64,000 bases of DNA from Anaerohalosphaeraceae bacterium (lineage in GTDB: Bacteria; Planctomycetota; Phycisphaerae; Sedimentisphaerales; Anaerohalosphaeraceae). Both the position numbers and the translations under genes were made by a program. Where the stretch lies: NCBI GenBank assembly GCA_050309605.1, contig JBNRMN010000021.1, forward strand, positions 1 to 64,000. Direction: 5' to 3'. The notes beneath the pieces are model-generated. The model saw only the letters and a list, made by a program, of their open reading frames with translations. It was not told the origin of the DNA and did no database searches. Below, piece by piece: positions 50,292 to 59,507 of the stretch (position 1 is the stretch's first letter; each line of letters begins with the position of its first letter).

Positions 50292-51422
50292 TTATCCTGT
50301 TTTCAGGACTTGGCCGTACTCATCATCCAATTTCTTTTTAACCTTCAGCGACGCTCCGGCTTTCTTTTCAGCTTTTTCCAGCATATCGCCGGGATTTCTC
50401 GCCTTATCCAGCAATTCATCCAGATCAATCAATTCCTTATCATATAGTTCCCACAAATGATCGTCCAGAAGCTGCATCCCCAGTTTCTTGCCGATCTGAA
50501 TGCTGGATTCAATTCGGTACACCTTATTCTCACGAATGAGGTTGGAAATCGCGGGCGTAACGACCATAAACTCGTAGGCCGCCACCCGTCCGCCTCCGCG
50601 CCGGGGGCACAGCGTCTGGCTGAGCACCGCAATCAGGTTGGTGCTGAGCTGAACGCGAATCTGCTCCTGCTGGCTGACGGGAAAGGCATCAATAATACGG
50701 TTGACCGTGCCCTGACAGCCGGTGGTATGCAGGGTTCCAAATACCAAGTGGCCGGTTTCGGCGGCGCTGATGGCCGCTTCCATGGTTTCAAGATCGCGCA
50801 GTTCGCCAACCAAAATCACGTCGGGGTCCTGCCGCAAGGCACGCCGCAGGGCCTCGGCAAATGCCGGCACATCCAGGCCAACCTCACGCTGAACGATCAC
50901 CGATTTTTTGTGCTGGTGATAGTATTCGATCGGCTCTTCAACCGTGATAATATGACGGTCGAGCGTTTCATTGATGTAGTTGATCATTGAGGCCAGGGTT
51001 GTCGTCTTACCGGAACCGGTCGGCCCTGTGACCAAAAACAAACCGCGCGGCCGACGGCACAGCGAGGCGCAAATCTTCGGCAGCCCGATCTGCTCAAAAC
51101 TCAGCAGTTCCGATGGAATCAGACGCAGCACCATCGAAATATGACCCTTCTGGCGAAACACAGAGGTACGAAATCGCCCTGCGTCGCCAAACGCAAAACC
51201 ATAGTCCGTTCCGCCGACTTCCTGAAGTTCCTGCTGATTGCGCTCGGGGGTGATACTTTTCATCAAGGCCACTGTATCGTCCGGCTCGAGTACCTTGGTG
51301 TCCAGCGAACGGAGCCGACCCGAAATACGCAGCACAGGCGGACGTCCCACAACGATGTGCAAGTCGGAACCGCCCATTTTAATGCAGGCTTCCAATAAAC
51401 GATCAATATGAAGTGTTGCCAT
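50292..51422 (-). CDS. pilT: Retraction ATPase PilT
   Basis: SDLHI, GPTGSGKTTT, EEPIE, AAETGHLVFGTLHT, AISNLIRE. Confidence 0.94.
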   Translation of the reverse strand: MATLHIDRLLEACIKMGGSDLHIVVGRPPVLRISGRLRSLDTKVLEPDDTVALMKSITPERNQQELQEVGGTDYGFAFGDAGRFRTSVFRQKGHISMVLRLIPSELLSFEQIGLPKICASLCRRPRGLFLVTGPTGSGKTTTLASMINYINETLDRHIITVEEPIEYYHQHKKSVIVQREVGLDVPAFAEALRRALRQDPDVILVGELRDLETMEAAISAAETGHLVFGTLHTTGCQGTVNRIIDAFPVSQQEQIRVQLSTNLIAVLSQTLCPRRGGGRVAAYEFMVVTPAISNLIRENKVYRIESSIQIGKKLGMQLLDDHLWELYDKELIDLDELLDKARNPGDMLEKAEKKAGASLKVKKKLDDEYGQVLKTG

Positions 51423-51526
51423 ACCTGTACCCTATCACTTATTATGCCATACTCTTATTTCTCTCGAACGCCCGGGCGTTCGATGTTTCCTGTCCCTTTT
51501 CTTTGTAATCGACGCACTGCGGCCTC

Positions 51527-53242
51527 TTACGCATCCATCACCAGCCCTTCGGCCTGCGTGACATGGGAGACTTCCTGCGGCGTCGTGACGCCGCGAAAGA
51601 CCTTAATTCGTCCGTCCTGCAACAGCGTCTTCATTCCGGAAGCGATGGCCGCTTTTCGCAGCTCGCCGGAAGGCGCACGGGCAAACGCCAACTCGCGAAG
51701 CTGATTGTTCATTTCGAGCATCTCAAAAATCGCGATTCGCCCCTTGTAACCGGTTCCCTGACAGCGGCTGCAACCGGCTCCCTTGTAAACCGGATTCTTG
51801 CGCAGTTCGTCCGGCGTGATATTCAGCAGACGCAGAAAATGCGGGTCGGGCGTTTGATCGATGGTTTTGCAGTTTTCGCAAATCACGCGCACGAGTCGCT
51901 GGGCCATGATGGCCTGGATCGAGCTGGCGACGAGAAACGGCTTGACACCCATATCAATCAAACGGGTGATCGCACTGGGGGCATCGTTGGTATGCAGGGT
52001 GCTGAACACCAAATGCCCGGTCAAGGCCGCTTGAATGGCAATATCGGCGACGACGCCGTCTCGAATTTCACCGATGAGAATGATGTTCGGGGCCTGACGC
52101 AGCATTGACCGCAGAATCGCCTCAAAGCTCAAGCCGATCTCGGTACGCACCTGGCACTGGTTGATGCCGGCAATGTTGTATTCGACCGGATCTTCGGCCG
52201 TGATGATCTTTTTATCCGGACGGTTTAATTCCTGTAAGGCTGAATAGAGTGTGGTGGTCTTACCGGAACCGGTCGGTCCGGTCACCAGGAAGATGCCGTT
52301 GGGACGTTTGATAATTTTAGTAAACCGCTGGTAGTCGTCCGACTCAAAACCAATCGCCTGAATACCGATATTGACCGAATCCGGCCGCAAGATACGCAGC
52401 ACTGTGCTTTCGCCGTGATAACCGGGCAGACAGGATACACGAAAGTCAATGTCCTGATTGTCGATGGTGCGTTTGATACGTCCGTCCTGGGGCAAGCGGC
52501 GCTCGCCGATGTCCATTCCGGACAGGATTTTGATACGCGCCAGGATCGGGGCCTGCATATTTTTGGGGATATTGTCGCGTTCGACACACACGCCGTCAAT
52601 ACGATACCGCACCCGTACCCTGTCGGCCATCGGCTCGATGTGAATATCACTGGCCCGCATTCGCACGGCCTCGTCGATAATCAAGTTCACAAGGCGAATA
52701 ATCGGGCCTTCTTCGTCGTCTTCTGTGGCCTGGGCACGTCGGACTTCGGCCTCAATCGTGTGCCCTGCTGCGGCCAGTTCCGCTGCCGTGGCGTCAATGC
52801 TGCTGCGAACGGCATCCATGCGACCGTTGATAAACGTGTCGATTTTCGTGGGGCTTGCAAGACAACATCGCAGCTCGGTATTCAGGCGAAACCGGAGCAA
52901 ATCCAATAAATCCAAATCCATCGGGTCTTTGATGGCGATTTTCAGCTCGCCATTGTCCTGTCCCAGAGGGACGACGCGATGTTTTTTGATCAGATCTTCA
53001 GGGATGAGTTTTGAGGCGTTGGCAGGGATTTCGACTTCGTCGAGATTAACATATTCCAGGTTGAACTGCTTGGCGAGGGCTTCAGTGATTTGATCCTCGG
53101 TGGCCAGTCCCATTTCAAGCAAGGTCTCCCCCAGCCGTTTGTTGGTTGTTTTGGACTTTTTGAGGGCACGAATCAGGTTATTTTTGTCCACAAATCCCTT
53201 ACGGTACAGGATTTCGCCCAAATGTCGTTGTTTTTTCTGCAT
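51527..53242 (-). CDS. pilB: Second PilB/GspE assembly ATPase
   Basis: RHLGEIL...RLGETL N-terminus (MshEN-like), Walker A, LRQAP, TLHTND, Cys4 motif. Confidence 0.92.
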   Translation of the reverse strand: MQKKQRHLGEILYRKGFVDKNNLIRALKKSKTTNKRLGETLLEMGLATEDQITEALAKQFNLEYVNLDEVEIPANASKLIPEDLIKKHRVVPLGQDNGELKIAIKDPMDLDLLDLLRFRLNTELRCCLASPTKIDTFINGRMDAVRSSIDATAAELAAAGHTIEAEVRRAQATEDDEEGPIIRLVNLIIDEAVRMRASDIHIEPMADRVRVRYRIDGVCVERDNIPKNMQAPILARIKILSGMDIGERRLPQDGRIKRTIDNQDIDFRVSCLPGYHGESTVLRILRPDSVNIGIQAIGFESDDYQRFTKIIKRPNGIFLVTGPTGSGKTTTLYSALQELNRPDKKIITAEDPVEYNIAGINQCQVRTEIGLSFEAILRSMLRQAPNIILIGEIRDGVVADIAIQAALTGHLVFSTLHTNDAPSAITRLIDMGVKPFLVASSIQAIMAQRLVRVICENCKTIDQTPDPHFLRLLNITPDELRKNPVYKGAGCSRCQGTGYKGRIAIFEMLEMNNQLRELAFARAPSGELRKAAIASGMKTLLQDGRIKVFRGVTTPQEVSHVTQAEGLVMDA

Positions 53243-53292
53243 CAATCCCTACTTGGCAAAAAATAAAATATGCGTTGACTCTTAAGCAATTT

Positions 53293-53321
53293 ATTATACC
53301 ACGTTCGGTAATCGTCGTCAA
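53293..53321 (-). promoter_or_regulatory. Near-consensus sigma70 promoter of pilB2-pilT
   Basis: TTGACG-17 nt-TATAAT with extended TG. Confidence 0.75.
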
Positions 53322-54559
53322 ACAGTCAATTCAAGCCGCAGCAGATTTAGCGCAGTTTGCGCTGTTCGCAGTCGTACCGAGGCCCGACCGGCATTGGCAA
53401 AATGACAGCGGTGAACATGACAAATTCCCTTGTTCATTACACTTATATAGACAAGACCGACGGGTTTTTGTTCCGTACCCCCGCCGGGGCCGGCGATGCC
53501 GGTTATCCCGATTGCGCAATCGGCATGGGATTTTTGGATCGCCCCTTCGGCCATTGCCTGGGCTACCGGTTCGCTGACCGCGCCACATTCCTCAAGCAAT
53601 GCAGGCGGTACCCCCAATTGTTCTATTTTCGCCTGGTTACTATATGTAATCCACCCGAAATTAAAATATTCACTTGACCCGGGTACGTCGGTCAAAAGCT
53701 TGGCGACGAGTCCGCCTGTACAGGATTCCGCCACTGTTACTATCTTTTTTTGAGCACTCAAAAGTCGCCCAACAACCTCTTGAAGTGCGTCTTCGCCGGT
53801 TCCAAAGACCAGATTGCCCAACATTTTTTCCAGTTCGAGGCGCTCTTGTTCAAGCCGTCGTTCGGCCTCTTGCGATGTGTGGGCCTTGGCAATTACCTGA
53901 AGCGTTATAATGCCTTCGCTGACGGTGCAGTTGACCAGCGGATTGCGGCCTCGCCGCATTCGGTCACCCAGGATCTCGGCCACAGTCGATTCGCCAGCTC
54001 CATAACAACGGAGATTGATCGACCGCACGACCGGGCCGCCGAGTCGTCGTCGGATACGAGGCAGCACCGACAATTCAAACATGGCCTTCATCTCTGCCGG
54101 CACGCCCGGCATCAACGCAATCAGCGTTTGGTCTGTTTCATATAATACGCCCGGCGCGGTGCCGCGGGGATTGTCAATCGGCTCTGCACCTTGGGGGATA
54201 CAGGCCTGCACGCGGTTTCGTTGGGGCATTGTCAGGCCGCGCGATGTGAAAAAAGCCTCAATCTGTTCGCCCAGTTCGGGGTGATAGATCAACTCCACGC
54301 CCAGATAGGCCGCCAGCGCCTGGCGTGTCAGGTCGTCGTCGGTCGGGCCGAGTCCGCCGGTGACCACCACGACATCTGCCCGCTGTACGGCCAGACGCAG
54401 GGCCTGGACGATATCGGCCGTTTCGTCGGCGATACACTGAACCGAGGCCGTCTGCACCCCCGCCGCGAACAATCGCCCGCTCAGCCAGGCAGCATTGGTA
54501 TCCACCGTCCGCCCGCAGAGCAATTCATTTCCGATACTGAGTAAATAGGCTCGCGTCAT
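53318..54559 (-). CDS. cinA: Competence/damage-inducible protein CinA (with PncC NMN deamidase domain)
   Basis: IGNELL, DTN, GGLGPTDDDLT, AESCTGG, GAVS, ITGIAGPGGG. Confidence 0.95.
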   Translation of the reverse strand: MTRAYLLSIGNELLCGRTVDTNAAWLSGRLFAAGVQTASVQCIADETADIVQALRLAVQRADVVVVTGGLGPTDDDLTRQALAAYLGVELIYHPELGEQIEAFFTSRGLTMPQRNRVQACIPQGAEPIDNPRGTAPGVLYETDQTLIALMPGVPAEMKAMFELSVLPRIRRRLGGPVVRSINLRCYGAGESTVAEILGDRMRRGRNPLVNCTVSEGIITLQVIAKAHTSQEAERRLEQERLELEKMLGNLVFGTGEDALQEVVGRLLSAQKKIVTVAESCTGGLVAKLLTDVPGSSEYFNFGWITYSNQAKIEQLGVPPALLEECGAVSEPVAQAMAEGAIQKSHADCAIGITGIAGPGGGTEQKPVGLVYISVMNKGICHVHRCHFANAGRASVRLRTAQTALNLLRLELTV

Positions 54560-54721
54560 CTTAATCTCAGTTCTACTCTATGTAACTGATGTATTTTAGA
54601 TAGACAAATACCTAATTTCACATTATCTCCACTTGGAAGCCGGTTCACCGACGTCGCCCTAAGGATTTTACCCGGAACAGGACTGTAATTCTATCCCGAA
54701 TCGATGAAAGTTGATGAGGAA

Positions 54722-54750
54722 TTGACAACGTCTGCATTTTGCGGCACAAT
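54722..54750 (+). promoter_or_regulatory. Sigma70 promoter of lipA, probably giving a leaderless mRNA
   Basis: TTGACA-17 nt-CACAAT, 7 nt before ATG 54758; no SD. Confidence 0.6.
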
Positions 54751-54757
54751 AGCCGCT

Positions 54758-55633
54758 ATGACAGATACCCCCCTACGACGACTGCCGCCGTGGCTGAAAC
54801 GGCGAATCGGATCGGGCCAGGTGTTTCAGCACACCCACCACACGCTCGATACATACGGGCTGGAGACGATCTGCACCCATGCGAATTGTCCTAATCGGGG
54901 CGACTGCTGGAGCCGTGGGACGGCGACGGTGCTTATCTTGGGCGATATTTGTACTCGAAATTGCAAGTTTTGTTCCGTCGGGCACGGAAAACCTCTGCCG
55001 CCGGATGCGACCGAGCCGGATCGCGTGGCTCAAATGGCCAAAGAAATGCGGTTAAAGTACCTGGTCATTACCAGTGTGGATCGGGACGATTTATCGGACG
55101 GCGGGGCCGGGCACTTTGGCGATGTCGTCAATCGGTGCCGCCACGTCCTGCCGGAGTTGAAATTTGAGCTGCTCGTGCCGGATTTTCGCGATTGCCAGGA
55201 CAAGGCGATTGAAATTCTGGCTTCGGCACGTCCGTTTGTGTTCGGGCACAATGTCGAGACGGTCCCATCGCTGTATGCCAAAGCCCGTCCGGGCGGCGAT
55301 TATGCGCGGTCGCTGGCGCTTTTGCGCAAGGCCAAGGCCGCCTGGCCCGACATTCAGACCAAATCCTCGCTGATGCTCGGCCTGGGCGAGACGGATGAGC
55401 AGGTTCTTGAGGTTTTGAAGGATTTGCGAAACGTTGGCTGCGACCGCGTGGCCATCGGTCAATACCTGCGGCCCAGCAAAACATCGCTGGAAGTGGTTGA
55501 CTATATCACGCCCGATAAATTCGACTGGTGGGTGCAGCAGGCCCGCAAACTGGGGTTTGGCTGGGTGATGAGCAGCCCATTTACACGCAGTTCCTACCAC
55601 GCAGAGGAGCAAACTGCCCAGCGGCGCAAGTGA
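54758..55633 (+). CDS. lipA: Lipoyl synthase
   Basis: CX4CX5C (CTHANCPNRGDC), CTRNCKFC, TSVDRDDL, HNVETV, RSSY. Confidence 0.96.
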   Translation: MTDTPLRRLPPWLKRRIGSGQVFQHTHHTLDTYGLETICTHANCPNRGDCWSRGTATVLILGDICTRNCKFCSVGHGKPLPPDATEPDRVAQMAKEMRLKYLVITSVDRDDLSDGGAGHFGDVVNRCRHVLPELKFELLVPDFRDCQDKAIEILASARPFVFGHNVETVPSLYAKARPGGDYARSLALLRKAKAAWPDIQTKSSLMLGLGETDEQVLEVLKDLRNVGCDRVAIGQYLRPSKTSLEVVDYITPDKFDWWVQQARKLGFGWVMSSPFTRSSYHAEEQTAQRRK

Positions 55634-55661
55634 GCCGGATGGCGTTACCCACACGGTCCCG

Positions 55662-55737
55662 CATCATCGGGCAGTTTGCGCTGCCGCGCTTTTGACGAAC
55701 ATCATCGGGCAGCTTGCGCTGCCGCGCTTTTGTCGAG
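55662..55737. repeat. Tandem pair of 38-bp REP-like hairpin units
   Basis: CATCATCGGGCAG(T/C)TTGCGCTGCCGCGCTTTTG twice; a related copy at 45171-45200. Confidence 0.85.
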
Positions 55738-55825
55738 TTTTTTGCCCCCTCCCTTCGGGGATATCTTATAGTTTACTAAGATACAACAGTCTTTATTTGT
55801 ACACTGATATTATGGGGGTGTTATT

Positions 55826-57376
55826 ATGAGAACCTGTAAGGTAACCCAACGCAGGGGCGTGGCCCTGTTTGCGGCATTGATTTTTATCGCCGTTTTTATG
55901 GCAGCCTCGGCGGGGATGCTGGCGATGTCGTCGCAGAATACGCTGGCCGCAGCCAATCTGCAGGCCGGCAACCTGGCCCGTTCCACCGCTGAATCGGGAC
56001 TGGAAGTCGTGCGGTACTGGCTGAGCCAAACCGACGTTGAGGCCGATTCGCAGGAGGCGTTGTTTGCCCAATTGGCCGACACATTGAAAGCGTCGGTCGA
56101 AAACATCACCGACGAGAATTTCATTTGGGATAACGACGGAAATTTGACGGGCCTTGATATTCCCGGCGTTGCGTTGCAGAGCAATCAAAGCGGCGTCCTT
56201 CAATCGTTTGATGCCGAGATTCGTTATGATCAAGCAAATACGATCACAATGACCGTCACCGGGCGCACCGTCACCGGGAACAACAACATACTGCGCAGGC
56301 TTGAGGTGCAGTATAAAATGGACCCTGTGACCACCCAGAGCGAAACCGAACCCGAACTGCCTCCTTTGTCGCCTTTGTTCGGCTATGGCGTTGCCAGTAA
56401 AGGGCCTATTTCGATGACCGGCAACACGCTTGTGACCGGCTACAACCAAGCCTCGGAAGGATCGATTTTTGTTGAAGCGTTGAACAGCAGCCAGACGTTC
56501 TCCATCAACGGAAGCTGTACCATCTCCGGCAATGTCAGCATCGCCAACCCCAACCATACCACGGTTCAACTGGGCGGCAATCCCTGGATTGACGGCAGTG
56601 CGGTTCAGCCCTGGTGGCCCTTTAACCCCAACAATTTTACCGAACAGGAAATCAACGATCGCGGCGTGTATGTCAACACCACAGGCGTGGAGTTTCCCCG
56701 CCCCAATCCTCAGCAGTTTCGCCAGTACGCCACCGGCCCTGAAATCACCAGCTCGATGAGCGGCGTCTATACCCTGGACAATGCGGTCATCAAAGCCGGA
56801 ACCAATCCCACGTTTACCGGCGTTTATGAAATCCGCGGCGTTCTTTATATTGAACAGCCCAATACAGTCACATTTGGCGGAAGCTGTACGATCAGCGCGA
56901 TTATTGTGGCCGAGGGCGACCACGAAAACGCCGACCCCGCGAATAACAAAATCACGTGGAGCGGCCATGTGACCAATAACAATGTTCAGAATTTACCCGA
57001 TGAGGCCCAATTTGCACAAATCCGCCAGCTTCAGGGTATGTCTGTTTTGGCGCCCGGCTTTGAGCTGAATATCGGCGCGACTTACAATGCCTATGAACGG
57101 TTCCACGGATCAATCGTCGGCAACGGGATCAAATTCACCGGAGACCCAACACTGATCATCAACGGCACAGTGATCAATTACAGCGACGACCCTATGACGA
57201 TGGGGGGCAGCTCGAAATTATATTTTGACAACAAGGATATCGACTCCTGGCCCGTGGGGTTGCTGCCCGAAGGCTTTGACGATCTGGAAGGCCAAACGAT
57301 CGAAACCACGACCTATCGCATTCAGTATAACCCCGCGTCCTACAGGGAGATTCCCACCTGTCATCTGCAGCAGTAA
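55826..57376 (+). CDS. PilX-N-terminal-like protein with a beta-rich C-terminal region
   Basis: RRG|VALFAALIF, A.STAESGL, then G/N/T-rich repeats. Confidence 0.78.
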   Translation: MRTCKVTQRRGVALFAALIFIAVFMAASAGMLAMSSQNTLAAANLQAGNLARSTAESGLEVVRYWLSQTDVEADSQEALFAQLADTLKASVENITDENFIWDNDGNLTGLDIPGVALQSNQSGVLQSFDAEIRYDQANTITMTVTGRTVTGNNNILRRLEVQYKMDPVTTQSETEPELPPLSPLFGYGVASKGPISMTGNTLVTGYNQASEGSIFVEALNSSQTFSINGSCTISGNVSIANPNHTTVQLGGNPWIDGSAVQPWWPFNPNNFTEQEINDRGVYVNTTGVEFPRPNPQQFRQYATGPEITSSMSGVYTLDNAVIKAGTNPTFTGVYEIRGVLYIEQPNTVTFGGSCTISAIIVAEGDHENADPANNKITWSGHVTNNNVQNLPDEAQFAQIRQLQGMSVLAPGFELNIGATYNAYERFHGSIVGNGIKFTGDPTLIINGTVINYSDDPMTMGGSSKLYFDNKDIDSWPVGLLPEGFDDLEGQTIETTTYRIQYNPASYREIPTCHLQQ

Positions 57377-57463
57377 GTCGCCGAACGATTCTGCATTGCA
57401 AACGGCGGGCTTTTCGGGTATGGTGGCATCGCAAACACGGATGCCTTATCGGGAAAGACTGCC

Positions 57464-58780
57464 ATGCGAATCGTACAATTGACGCCGGGATCGGGTGATA
57501 ATTTTTATTGCGAAAACTGCCTGCGCGATTTGGCGCTGGTGCGGGCGATGCGTCGTTTGGGACACGAGGTGACCCTTGTGCCGATGTATTTGCCGCTTCA
57601 GATTCGCAACCCCGAACCATTACAGTCCGCCCCTATCTTCTTTGGGGGCATCAATGTCTATCTCCAGCAGAAACTCGGCCTGTTTCGCAAGGCCCCGATG
57701 TGGCTGGACCGCTGGCTGGACAGCCCGCTGCTGCTGCGGCCGATTGCAAAACTGTCTTCGATGACCCGGGCACGCGATCTGGGTGAAACCACCATTTCGA
57801 TGCTTGAGGGTGCAAACGGACGCCAGAGAAAAGAAATCGAGCGACTGTGCGACTGGCTGAGGAGTCTGCCGGATCAACCGGATATGATTTTGCTGTCCAA
57901 TGCGCTTTTGAGCGGACTGGCTCAGCCGCTTCGCGAAGCATTGGCTCGTCCTGTCGTCTGCCTGCTGCAGGACGAAGACGGCTTTTTGGACGGATTGGGG
58001 CATCCGTGGGCCGAGCGTGCCTGGCAGGTACTCCAACAAAATACCTCCGATATAGACCATTTTATCTCGGTCAGTCGCTACTTTGCGGATGTAATGGCCG
58101 AACGGATGGGGCTGGATTCGGAGACCCTCACAGTCATTCCGACGGGCATTGAGGTCAATGACTTTACCCCCGCGGCCGAACCGCCCGACAAGCCGACCAT
58201 TGGCTTTCTGGCTCGAATGTGCCACGACAATGGGCTGGATATCCTCGTCAATGCGCTGTTTATGCTGCGTCGGGATGAGCGGTTTGCGCAGGCTCGGCTG
58301 CTTGTAACCGGCGGCAGTCTTCGCAGCGACGCCGTTTTTCTGCGCAAAGTCAGACGCCGAATCGAGGCGCTGGATTTATCGGATTATGTCCTCTTCGAAC
58401 CGGACTACACCGGTACGGCACGAAAAAAATTCCTGAACCGTCTGTCGGTCATCAGCGTACCGGCACGTAAGCCGATGGCGTACGGTTTGTTTGCCATTGA
58501 GGCGATGGCCTGCGGCGTGCCGTTCATTGAGCCGGACGCGGGCGTATTTTCTGAACTGGCCCGCCATGGCGGAGGCGCTGTTTATGCTCAGAACAATCCG
58601 GTGCATTTGGCCGAGATGTTGAGGGATGTGCTCAGCGATCAGGCACGGTTTGCGCAATTGCGGCGCCGTGCCAGAGAAACGGCCGAAACGATCTTTGATA
58701 TTGACCATACCGCCGCTCAAATGGCGGCGTGTTTTCAGACGGTCATCGGTCAGGCGCATCACGCCGCGACAAATGAATAA
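57464..58780 (+). CDS. Glycosyltransferase family 4
   Basis: FYCENCLRD, IGFLARM, YGLFAIEAMACGVP. Confidence 0.88.
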   Translation: MRIVQLTPGSGDNFYCENCLRDLALVRAMRRLGHEVTLVPMYLPLQIRNPEPLQSAPIFFGGINVYLQQKLGLFRKAPMWLDRWLDSPLLLRPIAKLSSMTRARDLGETTISMLEGANGRQRKEIERLCDWLRSLPDQPDMILLSNALLSGLAQPLREALARPVVCLLQDEDGFLDGLGHPWAERAWQVLQQNTSDIDHFISVSRYFADVMAERMGLDSETLTVIPTGIEVNDFTPAAEPPDKPTIGFLARMCHDNGLDILVNALFMLRRDERFAQARLLVTGGSLRSDAVFLRKVRRRIEALDLSDYVLFEPDYTGTARKKFLNRLSVISVPARKPMAYGLFAIEAMACGVPFIEPDAGVFSELARHGGGAVYAQNNPVHLAEMLRDVLSDQARFAQLRRRARETAETIFDIDHTAAQMAACFQTVIGQAHHAATNE

Positions 58781-58798
58781 CGGGATAACGGGGACGAA

Positions 58799-59479
58799 AT
58801 GCTTGAATTAAATCATATCAGCAAACGTTACGCCAACGGCGGCGATGTCGTCGAGGTCTTGCGGGATGTTTCACTGCGGGTCGAGTCGGGACAAACGGTC
58901 TCGATCGTCGGGCCGTCCGGAAGCGGCAAGAGTACCCTGCTGAATCTGATCGGCGGACTGGATCGTCCCGATGACGGGACGATTGTTCTGGACGGCGAAA
59001 ATCTGGCCGGTCTTTCCGATGACGCGCTGGCGGCAGTACGCAACCGCAAAATCGGTTTTGTGTTTCAGCTTCATCATCTGCTGCCGCAATGCACGACGCT
59101 GGAGAATGTGCTGCTGCCGACACTGGCGACGCGCTGCAGTGCCGCGCAGCGCAGGACATTCGAGCAGCGCGCCGAGGCACTGCTCGAAAAAGTCGGCTTA
59201 ACGGACAAGCACCACAGTTTCCCCGGCCAGCTCAGCGGCGGCCAGCGCCAGCGCGTTGCGCTGATTCGGGCTTTGATCTGTCAGCCCCGGATTGTGTTGG
59301 CGGACGAGCCGACCGGTTCATTAGACGCCGAGGCCGCCGAGCAAATTGCTGAATTGCTTATCGCGCTGAATCAGACCGAAGGGACGACGCTGATTGTTGC
59401 CACTCACGCCCTGCCGCTGGCCGAGCGAATGGAACGGCGGCTTCGGCTGGATCGTAAGCAACTAAAAAAACTCGCTTAA
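58799..59479 (+). CDS. ABC transporter ATP-binding protein (LolD/MacB-like)
   Basis: GPSGSGKST, GFVFQ, LSGGQRQR, LADEPTG. Confidence 0.95.
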   Translation: MLELNHISKRYANGGDVVEVLRDVSLRVESGQTVSIVGPSGSGKSTLLNLIGGLDRPDDGTIVLDGENLAGLSDDALAAVRNRKIGFVFQLHHLLPQCTTLENVLLPTLATRCSAAQRRTFEQRAEALLEKVGLTDKHHSFPGQLSGGQRQRVALIRALICQPRIVLADEPTGSLDAEAAEQIAELLIALNQTEGTTLIVATHALPLAERMERRLRLDRKQLKKLA

Positions 59480-59507
59480 TTGGACTGTCACAATAATACG
59501 GAAATCC

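Noticed and set aside
50085..51450. TGGCATAA sites as sigma54 promoters
   Set aside because: They lack the GC at -12 at the required GG-N10-GC spacing
55662..55737. Possible mini CRISPR array
   Set aside because: Two abutting units with no spacer and no cas genes
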